From an uncultured Erysipelotrichaceae bacterium (GTDB lineage Bacteria; Bacillota_I; Bacilli_A; RF39; UBA660), in NCBI GenBank assembly GCA_902782835.1, contig CACZOQ010000004.1:1-58041 (forward strand): a stretch of DNA of 58,041 bases, given 5' to 3'. Made by a program: the position numbers and the translations under genes. The notes under the pieces were generated by a model. The model had not been told where the DNA came from. It saw only the letters and a program-made list of their open reading frames with translations, and searched no databases. This document shows, piece by piece, positions 1 through 8,512 of this stretch (the first letter of the stretch is position 1; the number at the start of each line of letters is the position of its first letter).

Positions 1-371
1 ATTTTAGGCCATGAATCAATATCAATTTCTACTCCCTCAAAAGAATATTGAATCCTTCTATTTTCTTGATATCCTTTAGCTTCATATCCTAACTCATTCA
101 AAATCAAATTCGTCTTTTCAAAATCATCCACTACAATTTCTAATTCTTGTGTACCATCAATCTCAGAAGAGACAATATTTTTAATAGTCAAAGTTGTCTT
201 TTCACCATTTGTACGTAAACGAATCCATTTACCAGCAACTTTTGGAATAAAATCATAAACATATCTTCTTTGTAATAAATCCCATTCAAAAGTAGCCCCT
301 ATTTTTTCTAATTGAGATTGAACTTGAGACACATCAATTTCTAAAACTCTTACTTCATATTCTGTATGCAT
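1..371 (-). CDS. CYTH-domain protein (class IV adenylyl cyclase / triphosphatase-like), N-terminal part, runs off the window edge
   Basis: Absent from the ORF track because it is truncated. Reverse translation from the ATG at 369-371 gives MHTEYEVRVLEIDVSQVQSQLEKIGATFEWDLLQRRYVYDF..KWIRLRTNGEKTTLTIK..ELEIVVDDFEKTNLILNELGYE, which resembles CyaB/CYTH proteins. GGAGG lies just upstream. Confidence 0.6.
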   Translation of the reverse strand, partial: MHTEYEVRVLEIDVSQVQSQLEKIGATFEWDLLQRRYVYDFIPKVAGKWIRLRTNGEKTTLTIKNIVSSEIDGTQELEIVVDDFEKTNLILNELGYEAKGYQENRRIQYSFEGVEIDIDSWPK

Positions 372-380
372 ATTACCTCC

Positions 381-585
381 AAAAAAAACACGAATACTCA
401 TCCTAAGGACGAAATATTCGCGGTACCACCTTAATTCATGTATGAACATGCTCTCTTTATCTCTTAACGCGAGTAACGATTTTTCTCCAAGTATGTAATT
501 CAATATAATACTCTCTTAGTTTCCACCTACCACTAAGTCTCTATCAAAAAGAATCATACCTACTAAAAACTCTTCCACAAAAACT
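381..585 (-). promoter_or_regulatory. T-box riboswitch leader (specifier ambiguous: UUA Leu or UAC Tyr)
   Basis: On the minus strand: AGAGA and GGTGGAAA stem I elements, then a GAA-UUA-C specifier region (495-501). The conserved T-box sequence GGTGGTACCGCG is at 419-430. A terminator hairpin follows (CGAATATTTCGTCC..GGATGAGTATTCG) with a run of eight T, then GGAGG and the ATG of the CYTH gene. Confidence 0.8.
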
Positions 586-591
586 AACTAA

Positions 592-620
592 ATATTATCA
601 TAAATACGAAATGAACGCAA
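592..620 (-). promoter_or_regulatory. sigma-A type promoter for the T-box leader
   Basis: Minus strand reads TTGCGT, 17 nt spacer, TAATAT. Confidence 0.5.
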
Positions 621-696
621 TAACTAATTGTTAGAAGACCCATCTTTTATTTTCACTTTACCCTTATCCTCAAGAGCTAAAGGAATAAGTAAAGTA

Positions 697-723
697 ATAA
701 AAAAAGTAGCTTCAAACTACTTT
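697..723 (-). terminator. rho-independent terminator after the YtxH-like gene
   Basis: Minus strand AAAGTAG-TTTGAAG-CTACTTT followed by a T run. It overlaps the stop codon. Confidence 0.55.
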
Positions 724-1130
724 TCTTCAGATTTTTCTAATTTTTTTAAAGCATCTTTAGAAACTTTAATAACATTTTCTAAAACAGCTTCAGCACTCTT
801 CTTTAAAGCAGGAGTTCCTTTTTCTTTAGCAAGTTCAACTAAATCTTGAGCTTTAGCCTTAATACTATTACCTTTTTTCTTAGCAATTTCTAAAATTTTT
901 TCTTTATCTAAATCAGCAAGCTCATCTTTAATTTCTTGAACTTTTTCGTCGAACTCTTCTTTCACTTCTTTAATATCAATTTTCTTAGCTTGATCTAATA
1001 AATCGTCTAATTTTTTCTTTAAATCTTTACGTAATTCTTCTCCAGCTTTTGGTGCAAATAATAAACCAAGTCCAGCACCTAAAGCAGCTCCTACAACAAA
1101 CTTTCCTAATCCTTTACCTTCTTTTTTCAT
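717..1130 (-). CDS. YtxH-like general stress protein
   Basis: N-terminal GAALGAGLGLLFAPKAGEELRKDL signature followed by a long K/E-rich helix. Confidence 0.7.
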   Translation of the reverse strand: MKKEGKGLGKFVVGAALGAGLGLLFAPKAGEELRKDLKKKLDDLLDQAKKIDIKEVKEEFDEKVQEIKDELADLDKEKILEIAKKKGNSIKAKAQDLVELAKEKGTPALKKSAEAVLENVIKVSKDALKKLEKSEEK

Positions 1131-1132
1131 AA

Positions 1133-1411
1133 TTAATCTTCCTCCTCTTTCGTTTTTTTATGAAATATTTTAGATATAGTAGAAGTAACCCCAAATACAA
1201 GAGAATTACTAATACTTGCTAAACCATCAGCAGCTTTACTAAAAGTAGTAATAGCATGATCAAATGAATGAACCTTTTCATCAACATCATCCATTACTCG
1301 ATCTACTTTATCTAAAATATTAATCAATTTAATACCAACTATTATCAATATGACTAATAACACAATCCCTGCAATATACAATAGGATTGATAAAAAAGTA
1401 CCGATCTCCAT
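1133..1411 (-). CDS. DUF948-like small membrane protein (YtxG-like)
   Basis: Single N-terminal TM helix followed by helical DKVDRVMDDVDEKV. Located immediately upstream of the YtxH-like gene, as in Bacillus ytxG-ytxH. Confidence 0.6.
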   Translation of the reverse strand: MEIGTFLSILLYIAGIVLLVILIIVGIKLINILDKVDRVMDDVDEKVHSFDHAITTFSKAADGLASISNSLVFGVTSTISKIFHKKTKEEED

Positions 1412-1425
1412 TTTCTCTCTCCTTT

Positions 1426-2529
1426 CTAATCCTTTTCTTGATACATAGAATCGATTAAATCGAATAAATTATCATTATCTTCTTCAACTTTTGAAGTATT
1501 TTCCGATTCATTCATAACTTCTACAACTGGATGTACTTCCTCAACAGGTTGTTGTGTTTCTTCTACTACAACGGGCTTCTCTTTTACTTCTTTTTTAGGG
1601 ATACTCTTTTCTTTACTAACATCAACATAATCAACATTGTATTCTAAACCTAAATCTTGAAAATACTCTAAAGCATCACCCATCGTTAATTCTTTTACTT
1701 CTGGTTTACTACGATCACTTAAATCTACTAATAAGTTATCGTCCTCTTCTTCAACCTCAAATTTAGAATTATCACTTGGCTCTTCCTCCGCTAAACCTTC
1801 TTCTCTTTGTCGACGACCATAAGCCTTATTACGAATATCATCAACACTTACATTCGTTCTAGAATAGCTACTAGTAATACGAACTTCTTTTTTCTCCCTA
1901 ACATCTTCTTTTTTATAATTTTTATCCAAGATCCCATAAATTGGAGAAATAATTGGGCTCGGTTTAAAATATGTTTTTTCTTCTTTCTTTTCGTAAGTTC
2001 CATATTCATGAACAGGAACACTATAAGAATTATCTACACCATATAATTTATTCTCTTTAGAAGCAGAATATAATGGCTTCGTCGGAGTATAATAATCATG
2101 CAATTCCTCAGGTGCAGAATAGGCTTCCTTCTTTTCTTCAACAGAGGGCTGCTGTGGAACATTTTCTGGAACAGATGGATTATTATGAACTTCTTCTTTT
2201 TCAAAAACCTGTAAAATCTCTGGCTCATCAGATAAATATTCATCTTCAACTTTAAAATCTTTATCATCCATAAATTTAAATTCTTCATGAGGTTTTTCTT
2301 TAACAAACTCATCTTTTGGACGAATTTCAAAATCTTCATCTTTTAACTCTTCTTCATGTAATTCTTCTATTTTCTGTTCTCTTTTTCCAGGTAAAACAAC
2401 CTTTTTTGCAATAGGTCTATCTTCTCTTTTTTCTTTTATTTTTGATTTTTTCTCTTTTTTAGGTGGTTCGTCTACTTCAACATACTCCACTTCAAAAAGA
2501 GCATTTTTAATCTTATCTAATACACCCAT
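1426..2529 (-). CDS. acidic low-complexity protein of unknown function
   Basis: 367 aa ORF, E/D/K rich. N-terminus MGVLDKIKNALFEVEYVEVDE resembles the SepF amphipathic N-terminus. No recognisable catalytic domain. Confidence 0.5.
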   Translation of the reverse strand: MGVLDKIKNALFEVEYVEVDEPPKKEKKSKIKEKREDRPIAKKVVLPGKREQKIEELHEEELKDEDFEIRPKDEFVKEKPHEEFKFMDDKDFKVEDEYLSDEPEILQVFEKEEVHNNPSVPENVPQQPSVEEKKEAYSAPEELHDYYTPTKPLYSASKENKLYGVDNSYSVPVHEYGTYEKKEEKTYFKPSPIISPIYGILDKNYKKEDVREKKEVRITSSYSRTNVSVDDIRNKAYGRRQREEGLAEEEPSDNSKFEVEEEDDNLLVDLSDRSKPEVKELTMGDALEYFQDLGLEYNVDYVDVSKEKSIPKKEVKEKPVVVEETQQPVEEVHPVVEVMNESENTSKVEEDNDNLFDLIDSMYQEKD

Positions 2530-2546
2530 GAGTTCACCTCTTCATC

Positions 2547-3206
2547 CTAATAATCCAACTCAATTTTCTCATCTTCAAGATCTTTTTTATATCGATCAGT
2601 TTCCTCTCTCTCAACAACATCTAAGAAAGATTCTTTAGAAGAATCTGCTTTAAATAAAGTAAAATCTTCTTCTTTATAATCTAAAATATTTTCTCCAATC
2701 AAACTTTCTAACACAACATCATTAAAATGAATTGTTCTTAAAATAGTGGCCATATTTGTAACAACATCTGTTAAATCATCTTTTGCAACATATGCCTCCA
2801 TTTTCGAATAATGATAAACAAATTGAATAAAATATTTAGAATCAATTTCTTCTATCTGAATATATCCAGTTTTTTTATTATAGTCTATTTTTTTAGAATA
2901 ATAAAAATCTTTAGATTCTTGATAAGAATTATTAATTTTATGATAATAGCTGATCGCATCTACATATAAATAATAACGATAGTTTTTCTCATCTTTTAAA
3001 ATTGCATTATAATCTTCTCGATCAACAAAACTAATTCCTTTCGGTAAATAATACTTATATCCATCATAGTAAACATTATATAATGAAACTTTATTTGACA
3101 TAAGAATATCAATATTTCTAGAAATATCATCATTAGATAATCTTTGTATAGTACAACCACTACCAAAAAGAATTACAATAGAGAGCAAAACAATTAACTT
3201 TTTCAT
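2547..3206 (-). CDS. putative lipoprotein, unknown function
   Basis: Signal peptide with lipobox: MKKLIVLLSIVILFGSGC. Confidence 0.6.
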   Translation of the reverse strand: MKKLIVLLSIVILFGSGCTIQRLSNDDISRNIDILMSNKVSLYNVYYDGYKYYLPKGISFVDREDYNAILKDEKNYRYYLYVDAISYYHKINNSYQESKDFYYSKKIDYNKKTGYIQIEEIDSKYFIQFVYHYSKMEAYVAKDDLTDVVTNMATILRTIHFNDVVLESLIGENILDYKEEDFTLFKADSSKESFLDVVEREETDRYKKDLEDEKIELDY

Positions 3207-3279
3207 ATTTCACCTACTCTTATTATATTATATCATCCTTTTAACAAATGTAAAAATTTTTCTTTTCGAATTTTACATA

Positions 3280-3912
3280 TTAGACAATATCCTTCGTACA
3301 CAAGACATAGTAAATAGGCATATTATCTTTTGAAAACTTATCTTCATATTCCGTCGTAATAACTGGATTATGATCTTGATGAAGATTAAATGAAATTTCC
3401 ATCAACCGATAACCAGCTTGACTAAAAGAAACAAGTGAATACTGATATAAATCTAAATTATCTGTTCTCATTTCAATCGTCTTTTTACCACGAAAAATAG
3501 ATTCATATTTTTCTAAAAAAACTGGACTCGATAAACGACGTAAATGATGTCTTTTTTTAGGCCATGGATCCGAAAAATTCAAAAATAAATGGTCTATTTC
3601 ATGATGAAACAATAAATCTATATCTAAAGCATCTGCTCGAATAAAAGCCAAATTAGGTAATCCATCTGGAACTTTTTGCAAAGCTTTAACAATAACACTA
3701 TCATACTTCTCAATTCCAATAAAGTTTATATCTGGATACATTTTTGCATTTTCAATAATAAATTGTCCTTTACCAGTACCGATTTCAATAAAAATCGGAT
3801 TATCATTTGAAAAATAATCACACCAATGTGATGAATACTGAAAAGGATCCCTAACCAAATAAGAAGATTGACTCATAATTTCTTCTTTATTTTTAACATT
3901 TCTAAGCCGCAT
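3280..3912 (-). CDS. trmB: tRNA (guanine-N7)-methyltransferase
   Basis: Motifs IEIGTGKGQF, FLNFSDPWPKKRHHLRRL. Start moved to MRLRNVKN (ATG at 3912), which is preceded by AGGTGA. Confidence 0.9.
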   Translation of the reverse strand: MRLRNVKNKEEIMSQSSYLVRDPFQYSSHWCDYFSNDNPIFIEIGTGKGQFIIENAKMYPDINFIGIEKYDSVIVKALQKVPDGLPNLAFIRADALDIDLLFHHEIDHLFLNFSDPWPKKRHHLRRLSSPVFLEKYESIFRGKKTIEMRTDNLDLYQYSLVSFSQAGYRLMEISFNLHQDHNPVITTEYEDKFSKDNMPIYYVLCTKDIV

Positions 3913-4061
3913 AATTTCACCTAGAACATATTTTATCATAGAATTACTTTTTTGCATATAATTATTCATTCAAACCAAAAACCGAGAAAATTACTACGAA
4001 AGTATACGCATTTTAAAGTGGCTATGATATACTTATTTATGAAGAAAGTGAGGCTACTAAC

Positions 4062-5375
4062 ATGTTAAAACTAAACCTATTAGAAAAAGAAAAATTTGAT
4101 TCCTTTGTCAAAAATCATAAAACAAAATCTCATTTCTTACAGTCATACTCTTGGGGTGAGTTTTCTAAAATCAAAAAAAATATGACACCATATTATTTAG
4201 GATTAGTAAATGAAGAAAATGAAATCGTTGCAGCCACTCTTCTTTTGCAAAAACATCTACCAATGAACTATAGTTACTTCTATGCTCCAAGAGGCTTTGT
4301 ATTAGATTATAAGAAAAAAGAAATAGTACGCACAATGACAAAGAAAGTAATCGAATTTATAAAAAATAAAAAAGCAATCTTCTTAAAAATAGATCCAGAT
4401 ATTATAATAAAATCTATAAACTATCAAAACGAAGAAACAGATAATGAAGACTATAAAGATATATTTGAAACATTAAAATCTTGTGGTTTTAAACATCAAG
4501 GATTTACTAAAAATTTTGAAACAATGCAACCAAGATATACTTTTCGTATCGATTTAAATCAACCAATAGAAGAAATAGAAAATCACTTTTCAAAAACAAC
4601 AAAACAACGAATTGCTAAAAGTTTAAAATTAGATACAGAAGTTGTAATTGGAACAAAAAAAGATATTCCAGAATTTTACCATTTAATGACACTAACCGAA
4701 AACAGGAAAGATTTTATTTCTTATAATGAAGACTATTACGAGACATTATATGAAATTTTTAATGGAAATGAGAATAGTAAAGCCACTTTATTCTTAGGAA
4801 AAGTACATATATCTAAAACAATCAAAGCATTAGAAAAAAGCTTAAAAGAAATAAACAATCAAATATCAATTCTACCAATTGATAATCTAAGTAAAAGTGC
4901 CAAAGCTAAATTAACAGAATTAACCAAACAAAAAGAAAACATTCAAAAAGACATTGAAAAATATAAAGAATACAAAAAAGAATATGGAAATGATCTAACA
5001 CTAAGTGCTCATATGATTATTGAATATGGAGACAAGGCATGGGTTCTATATGCTGGAAATCATAACATATTAAGTGAAACATATGTAAACTATAATACTT
5101 ATTTTGAACACTTAAAATATTGTAAAGATCGTGGTCTTAAAATATATGATCAATTTGGAACCATTGGTGATTTAAGTGAGAACAATCCTCGATTAGGGCT
5201 ACATGAATTCAAAAAGAAATTCGGTGGAGACTATGTTGAATTTATGGGAGAATGGGATTATGTAACAAATAAAATCATGTATTTTATATTTACTAAATGT
5301 GTACCACTATATCGTAAAATAATTCGTAGGAAAAGCAAAAAGGAGTTAGAACATGAAATTAGTAAATCTGAGTAA
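4062..5375 (+). CDS. FemAB-family peptidoglycan interpeptide-bridge aminoacyltransferase
   Basis: FLQSYSWGEF, FYAPRGFVLDY, FLKIDPD, central coiled-coil insert, C-terminal GLHEFKKKFGG. This is the FemA/FemB/FemX/MurM architecture. Confidence 0.85.
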   Translation: MLKLNLLEKEKFDSFVKNHKTKSHFLQSYSWGEFSKIKKNMTPYYLGLVNEENEIVAATLLLQKHLPMNYSYFYAPRGFVLDYKKKEIVRTMTKKVIEFIKNKKAIFLKIDPDIIIKSINYQNEETDNEDYKDIFETLKSCGFKHQGFTKNFETMQPRYTFRIDLNQPIEEIENHFSKTTKQRIAKSLKLDTEVVIGTKKDIPEFYHLMTLTENRKDFISYNEDYYETLYEIFNGNENSKATLFLGKVHISKTIKALEKSLKEINNQISILPIDNLSKSAKAKLTELTKQKENIQKDIEKYKEYKKEYGNDLTLSAHMIIEYGDKAWVLYAGNHNILSETYVNYNTYFEHLKYCKDRGLKIYDQFGTIGDLSENNPRLGLHEFKKKFGGDYVEFMGEWDYVTNKIMYFIFTKCVPLYRKIIRRKSKKELEHEISKSE

Positions 5376-6642
5376 AAATGAATTTAAAAAATTTGCAGAC
5401 AAACATGAACAAATAACATTTCACCAAACAGAAGAATGGGCAAATCTAAAAAAGAAAAATGGTTGGGATGCATACTATGTTGGTTTAAAAGACAAAAATA
5501 AAATAGTAGCAGGAGCTATGATTTTAGCAAAAACTCTACCAATAATAAAAAAGAAAATGTTTTATTCTCCAAGAGGATTTTTAATTGATTACAAAAACAA
5601 AGATTTATTAAAAGAATTTACAGAAGAAATAAAAGAATTTGCCAAAAAAGAAAAAGCTATTTTTATCAAAATTGATCCTTATGTAGAATATCAAGAAAGA
5701 GATAATAATGGTGATATAGTAGAAGATGGATATCAAAATAAAGATACTGTAGAAAATTTAAAAGAGTTAGGCTATAAATTTTTTGGCTTTAATACAATGC
5801 AAGATACTCTTCAACCAAGATGGATGCATGTAATTGAAATCAATGGTAAAAATGAAGAAGAAGTCCAAAAAGACATGGAATCTAAGACAAGACAAATACT
5901 AAGAAAAAATGAAAAATCCAGCATTAAAACACATGAAATAACAAAAGAAGAATTACCACTATTTAAAAGTATTATGGAACATACTGGAGAAAGACGAGAT
6001 TTTATTGATAGACCATTATCATACTATGAAGCAATGTGGGATAATCTACACGATAGTGGAATACTAAAAATATTAATAGCTGATATTGATTTTAATGAAT
6101 ATGAAAACAATACAAAAAAGGAAATAGAAGAAGTAAAAAAAGCATTAGCAGATCGTATTTATAAACATGATAATAATTTATTGAAAATGAATGAAAAAAA
6201 ATATGAATCAACTAACAAGCAAGATAAAGAATCTATCGAAAGACTAAATAATCAACTAGATAAAATCAAAAAATATAAAGAAGAATATGGAGAAAAAAAG
6301 ACTTTAGGAACAATCTTATTCTTGATATATGGAAACGAAGTATTATCATTATTTGGAGGAACTGACGATAATTTAATGCAATTCCAATCAGCTTATACCG
6401 TTCATTATGCCGGCATAAAATATGCGATTGATCACCATTATAAACGATATAATTTTTATGGAATTACAGGTGACTTTCATAAAGAAAATCCATTATATGG
6501 TCTATTTCTATTTAAAAAAAGTTTTGGAGGACATGTAGTAGAATTAATTGGAGAATATGACTTAATCATTTCTAAGTTTTGGTATAACATATATCAAACA
6601 GCCTTTAAAACATATCATTTTTTAAAGAAAATAAAAAAATAA
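5353..6642 (+). CDS. FemAB-family peptidoglycan interpeptide-bridge aminoacyltransferase (second tandem copy)
   Basis: FHQTEEWANLKK, FYSPRGFLIDY, FIKIDPY, coiled-coil insert, GLFLFKKSFGG. AAGGAG RBS. Overlaps the previous gene by 23 nt. Confidence 0.85.
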   Translation: MKLVNLSKNEFKKFADKHEQITFHQTEEWANLKKKNGWDAYYVGLKDKNKIVAGAMILAKTLPIIKKKMFYSPRGFLIDYKNKDLLKEFTEEIKEFAKKEKAIFIKIDPYVEYQERDNNGDIVEDGYQNKDTVENLKELGYKFFGFNTMQDTLQPRWMHVIEINGKNEEEVQKDMESKTRQILRKNEKSSIKTHEITKEELPLFKSIMEHTGERRDFIDRPLSYYEAMWDNLHDSGILKILIADIDFNEYENNTKKEIEEVKKALADRIYKHDNNLLKMNEKKYESTNKQDKESIERLNNQLDKIKKYKEEYGEKKTLGTILFLIYGNEVLSLFGGTDDNLMQFQSAYTVHYAGIKYAIDHHYKRYNFYGITGDFHKENPLYGLFLFKKSFGGHVVELIGEYDLIISKFWYNIYQTAFKTYHFLKKIKK

Positions 6643-6664
6643 GTGGTTAAAAACCACTTTTTTA
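6641..6664. terminator. bidirectional rho-independent terminator between convergent genes
   Basis: AAGTGGTT-AAA-AACCACTT flanked by A and T runs. Confidence 0.75.
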
Positions 6665-7459
6665 TATACTTTTTGCACCATAAGTATTCCAATAAGAAGA
6701 CTTAGCAGTATTACCTCGATCAATACCTCTACTTTCACTATTATCCGGTATTTCAAAGTCAACCGTCCATTTATAGGCAGCATCATAAGCTCCTTGTTCT
6801 GTATTAGGAACACTCTTAAGAGTATTATAAACTCCTGGATATTCATGCTCCAATTCATAAACTAAATAATCAAGTTGTCCTTCAAGACTATTTACATCTT
6901 TATTATTAGCAGCACAATAATTCTTTAAATTTGTCCAACGACTATTATGCCATTGACATATACCATAAGAAGTACCATTATCACCTAAAGCTGTTGGATC
7001 AAAACCTGATTCATGCTCAATATTAGCTAAAATTCCACAAATAGCAGCATTATTAAATCCTTTGTTAGCTAGATAATTGTAAACTGCATCCTTTGAAGCA
7101 TTACCTGTAGATACATTACTAACTGTTGCCGTCTCAACTTTAGAATTTGCTCCAATACGAAGAACAGCATCACTACCAGCCTTATCACCCTCTTGATAGG
7201 AATTAGCTGTATCTACCAAGTAATCACCTACCGCTGAGAAATCTGAAGTAATATTATTAATCTTTGAATTGGCAGCAGAAAATGCATCCATACAAGAATC
7301 ACAAATTGGACCCATGAATACTGCATCACTATCTAATGTGCTTTGGCAATCAGAAATTGCTGTCTTACTAGAGGCAAAATCAGTATTCAAAGTATTAATA
7401 GAAGAAACGCCATCACTAAAAGCCCCATAATCACTAACTTGAATATTCTCATTACCCAT
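6662..7459 (-). CDS. leaderless protein: WXG100-size helical N-module fused to a phage-tail-lysozyme-like muramidase domain
   Basis: N-terminal 95 aa are nearly identical to those of the gene at 7551-8444. C-terminus has ICGILANIEHESGFDP, YGICQWHNSRWTNL, QLDYLVYELE. No signal peptide. Confidence 0.7.
   Translation of the reverse strand: MGNENIQVSDYGAFSDGVSSINTLNTDFASSKTAISDCQSTLDSDAVFMGPICDSCMDAFSAANSKINNITSDFSAVGDYLVDTANSYQEGDKAGSDAVLRIGANSKVETATVSNVSTGNASKDAVYNYLANKGFNNAAICGILANIEHESGFDPTALGDNGTSYGICQWHNSRWTNLKNYCAANNKDVNSLEGQLDYLVYELEHEYPGVYNTLKSVPNTEQGAYDAAYKWTVDFEIPDNSESRGIDRGNTAKSSYWNTYGAKSI
7193..7429 (-). repeat. copy 1 of the duplicated N-terminal module coding sequence
   Basis: Aligns with 8184-8420 at an offset of 991 nt. 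By eye, about 7 mismatches in the 112 nt nearest the gene 5' ends, more divergent further in. Confidence 0.8.
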
Positions 7460-7518
7460 ACTATCACCATCTTTAAATCTATTGTAGCATCAAATATAAA
7501 GGGGATACAAATAATCTA

Positions 7519-7550
7519 CAAAAAAATTACACAACCTGTAAAGTGTAATT
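7519..7550 (-). terminator. rho-independent terminator after the glucosaminidase-fusion gene
   Basis: Minus strand AATTACAC-loop-GTGTAATT followed by TTTTTT. Directly abuts the stop codon. Confidence 0.7.
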
Positions 7551-8444
7551 TTAAGTATCATATTTTTCCAAACCGTAATTAGAAATAATAGAAGCATATT
7601 TTCCAGTAGTAGTTCTTCCGGCAGGTGGAGGAGTATAAGCCTCCAAGAAAGTAGAATAATCTTGTAAATTGTTGCTACCAACACATTCAGGATGGTAAAT
7701 AGACATAATATCCGTATAATCATCAATACATTCTTCTACACTGTCATAATGACGCATGTCTTCACTTGTAGGAATCGTTCCTGTTTTACTTTCATTTAAT
7801 TGACTAACATTATTCTGACCATATGTTTTTTTCTTAGACCATTCCGATGTCTGACGATCAGTAGATACTCCCATCTCATAGTTAACACCCAAAACATTAT
7901 TATAATTTGAAAGAGAAGAGGCATGCGAACTCATCCATCCACTCTCATTAATAATTTGAGCAATAATTAATGATTTTTTCATACCATGAGTATTCGTATG
8001 ATTCACAATATTGGCAACTTTATCAATCCACTCTTGTTGAGCAGCCTTATCAGAATTATAAGCACGATCACCTAAACTATAAAATGCATTTGCCTGAGTT
8101 GACCCTCCATTTAACGACAAACCAGAATTAGAAGGAAGATTTAATGCTTTTGCAACGGTATTAGAAGCTTGTTTATCATCACTTTGATAAGAATTAGCAG
8201 TTTCCACTAAGTATTCTCCAACAGCAGAAAAATCAGAAGTAATATCATTTATTTTAGAATTAGCAGTGCTAAAAGCCTCCAAACAAGAATCACAGATAGG
8301 GCCCATAAAAACAGCATCACTATCTAATGTGCTTTGACAATCAGAAATTACTGTCTTACTAGAAGCAAAATCAGTATTCAAAGTATTAATAGAAGAAACA
8401 CCATCACTAAAAGCTCCATAATTACCAACTGTTGTATCAGGCAT
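7551..8444 (-). CDS. leaderless protein: WXG100-size helical N-module fused to an N-acetylglucosaminidase (glucosaminidase/FlgJ-type) domain
   Basis: C-terminus has SLIIAQIINESGWMSS, NNVLGV, MRHYDSVEECIDDYTDIM, YASIISNYGLEKY. The N-terminal module is shared with 6662-7459. No signal peptide. Confidence 0.7.
   Translation of the reverse strand: MPDTTVGNYGAFSDGVSSINTLNTDFASSKTVISDCQSTLDSDAVFMGPICDSCLEAFSTANSKINDITSDFSAVGEYLVETANSYQSDDKQASNTVAKALNLPSNSGLSLNGGSTQANAFYSLGDRAYNSDKAAQQEWIDKVANIVNHTNTHGMKKSLIIAQIINESGWMSSHASSLSNYNNVLGVNYEMGVSTDRQTSEWSKKKTYGQNNVSQLNESKTGTIPTSEDMRHYDSVEECIDDYTDIMSIYHPECVGSNNLQDYSTFLEAYTPPPAGRTTTGKYASIISNYGLEKYDT
8184..8420 (-). repeat. copy 2 of the duplicated N-terminal module coding sequence
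   Basis: See 7193-7429. Confidence 0.8.
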
Positions 8445-8482
8445 ATCATCACCATCCTATCTATTAATATTCTATCATAATT

Positions 8483-8506
8483 AAAAAAAAGTGGAAACCA
8501 CTTTTT
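8483..8506 (-). terminator. rho-independent terminator closing the five-gene WXG-like operon
   Basis: Minus strand AAAAGTGG-TTT-CCACTTTT followed by a T run. Confidence 0.75.
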
Positions 8507-8512
8507 AGAAAT

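Noticed and set aside
628-849. 73-aa plus-strand ORF (TTG start)
   Set aside because: It is antisense to the well-supported YtxH-like gene and crosses its terminator. Its low-complexity translation is typical of the reverse frame of a K/E-rich gene.
1807-2339. Three nested track ORFs (1807-2046, 2034-2339, 2073-2255)
   Set aside because: All fall inside the 367-aa acidic-protein gene, in alternative or antisense frames. They have no RBS and their composition is an artefact of A/T-rich repeats.
6662-7459. Phage-tail-lysozyme-like domain as a sign of a prophage
   Set aside because: No capsid, portal, terminase, tail, integrase or repressor genes are present in the window. The domain is fused to the same N-module as the neighbouring glucosaminidase gene.
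7343-7726. Track ORFs 7343-7582 (+) and 7490-7726 (-) spanning the gap between the two hydrolase-fusion genes
   Set aside because: They overlap strongly supported genes and run through the terminator at 7519-7550. They have no RBS and an implausible composition.
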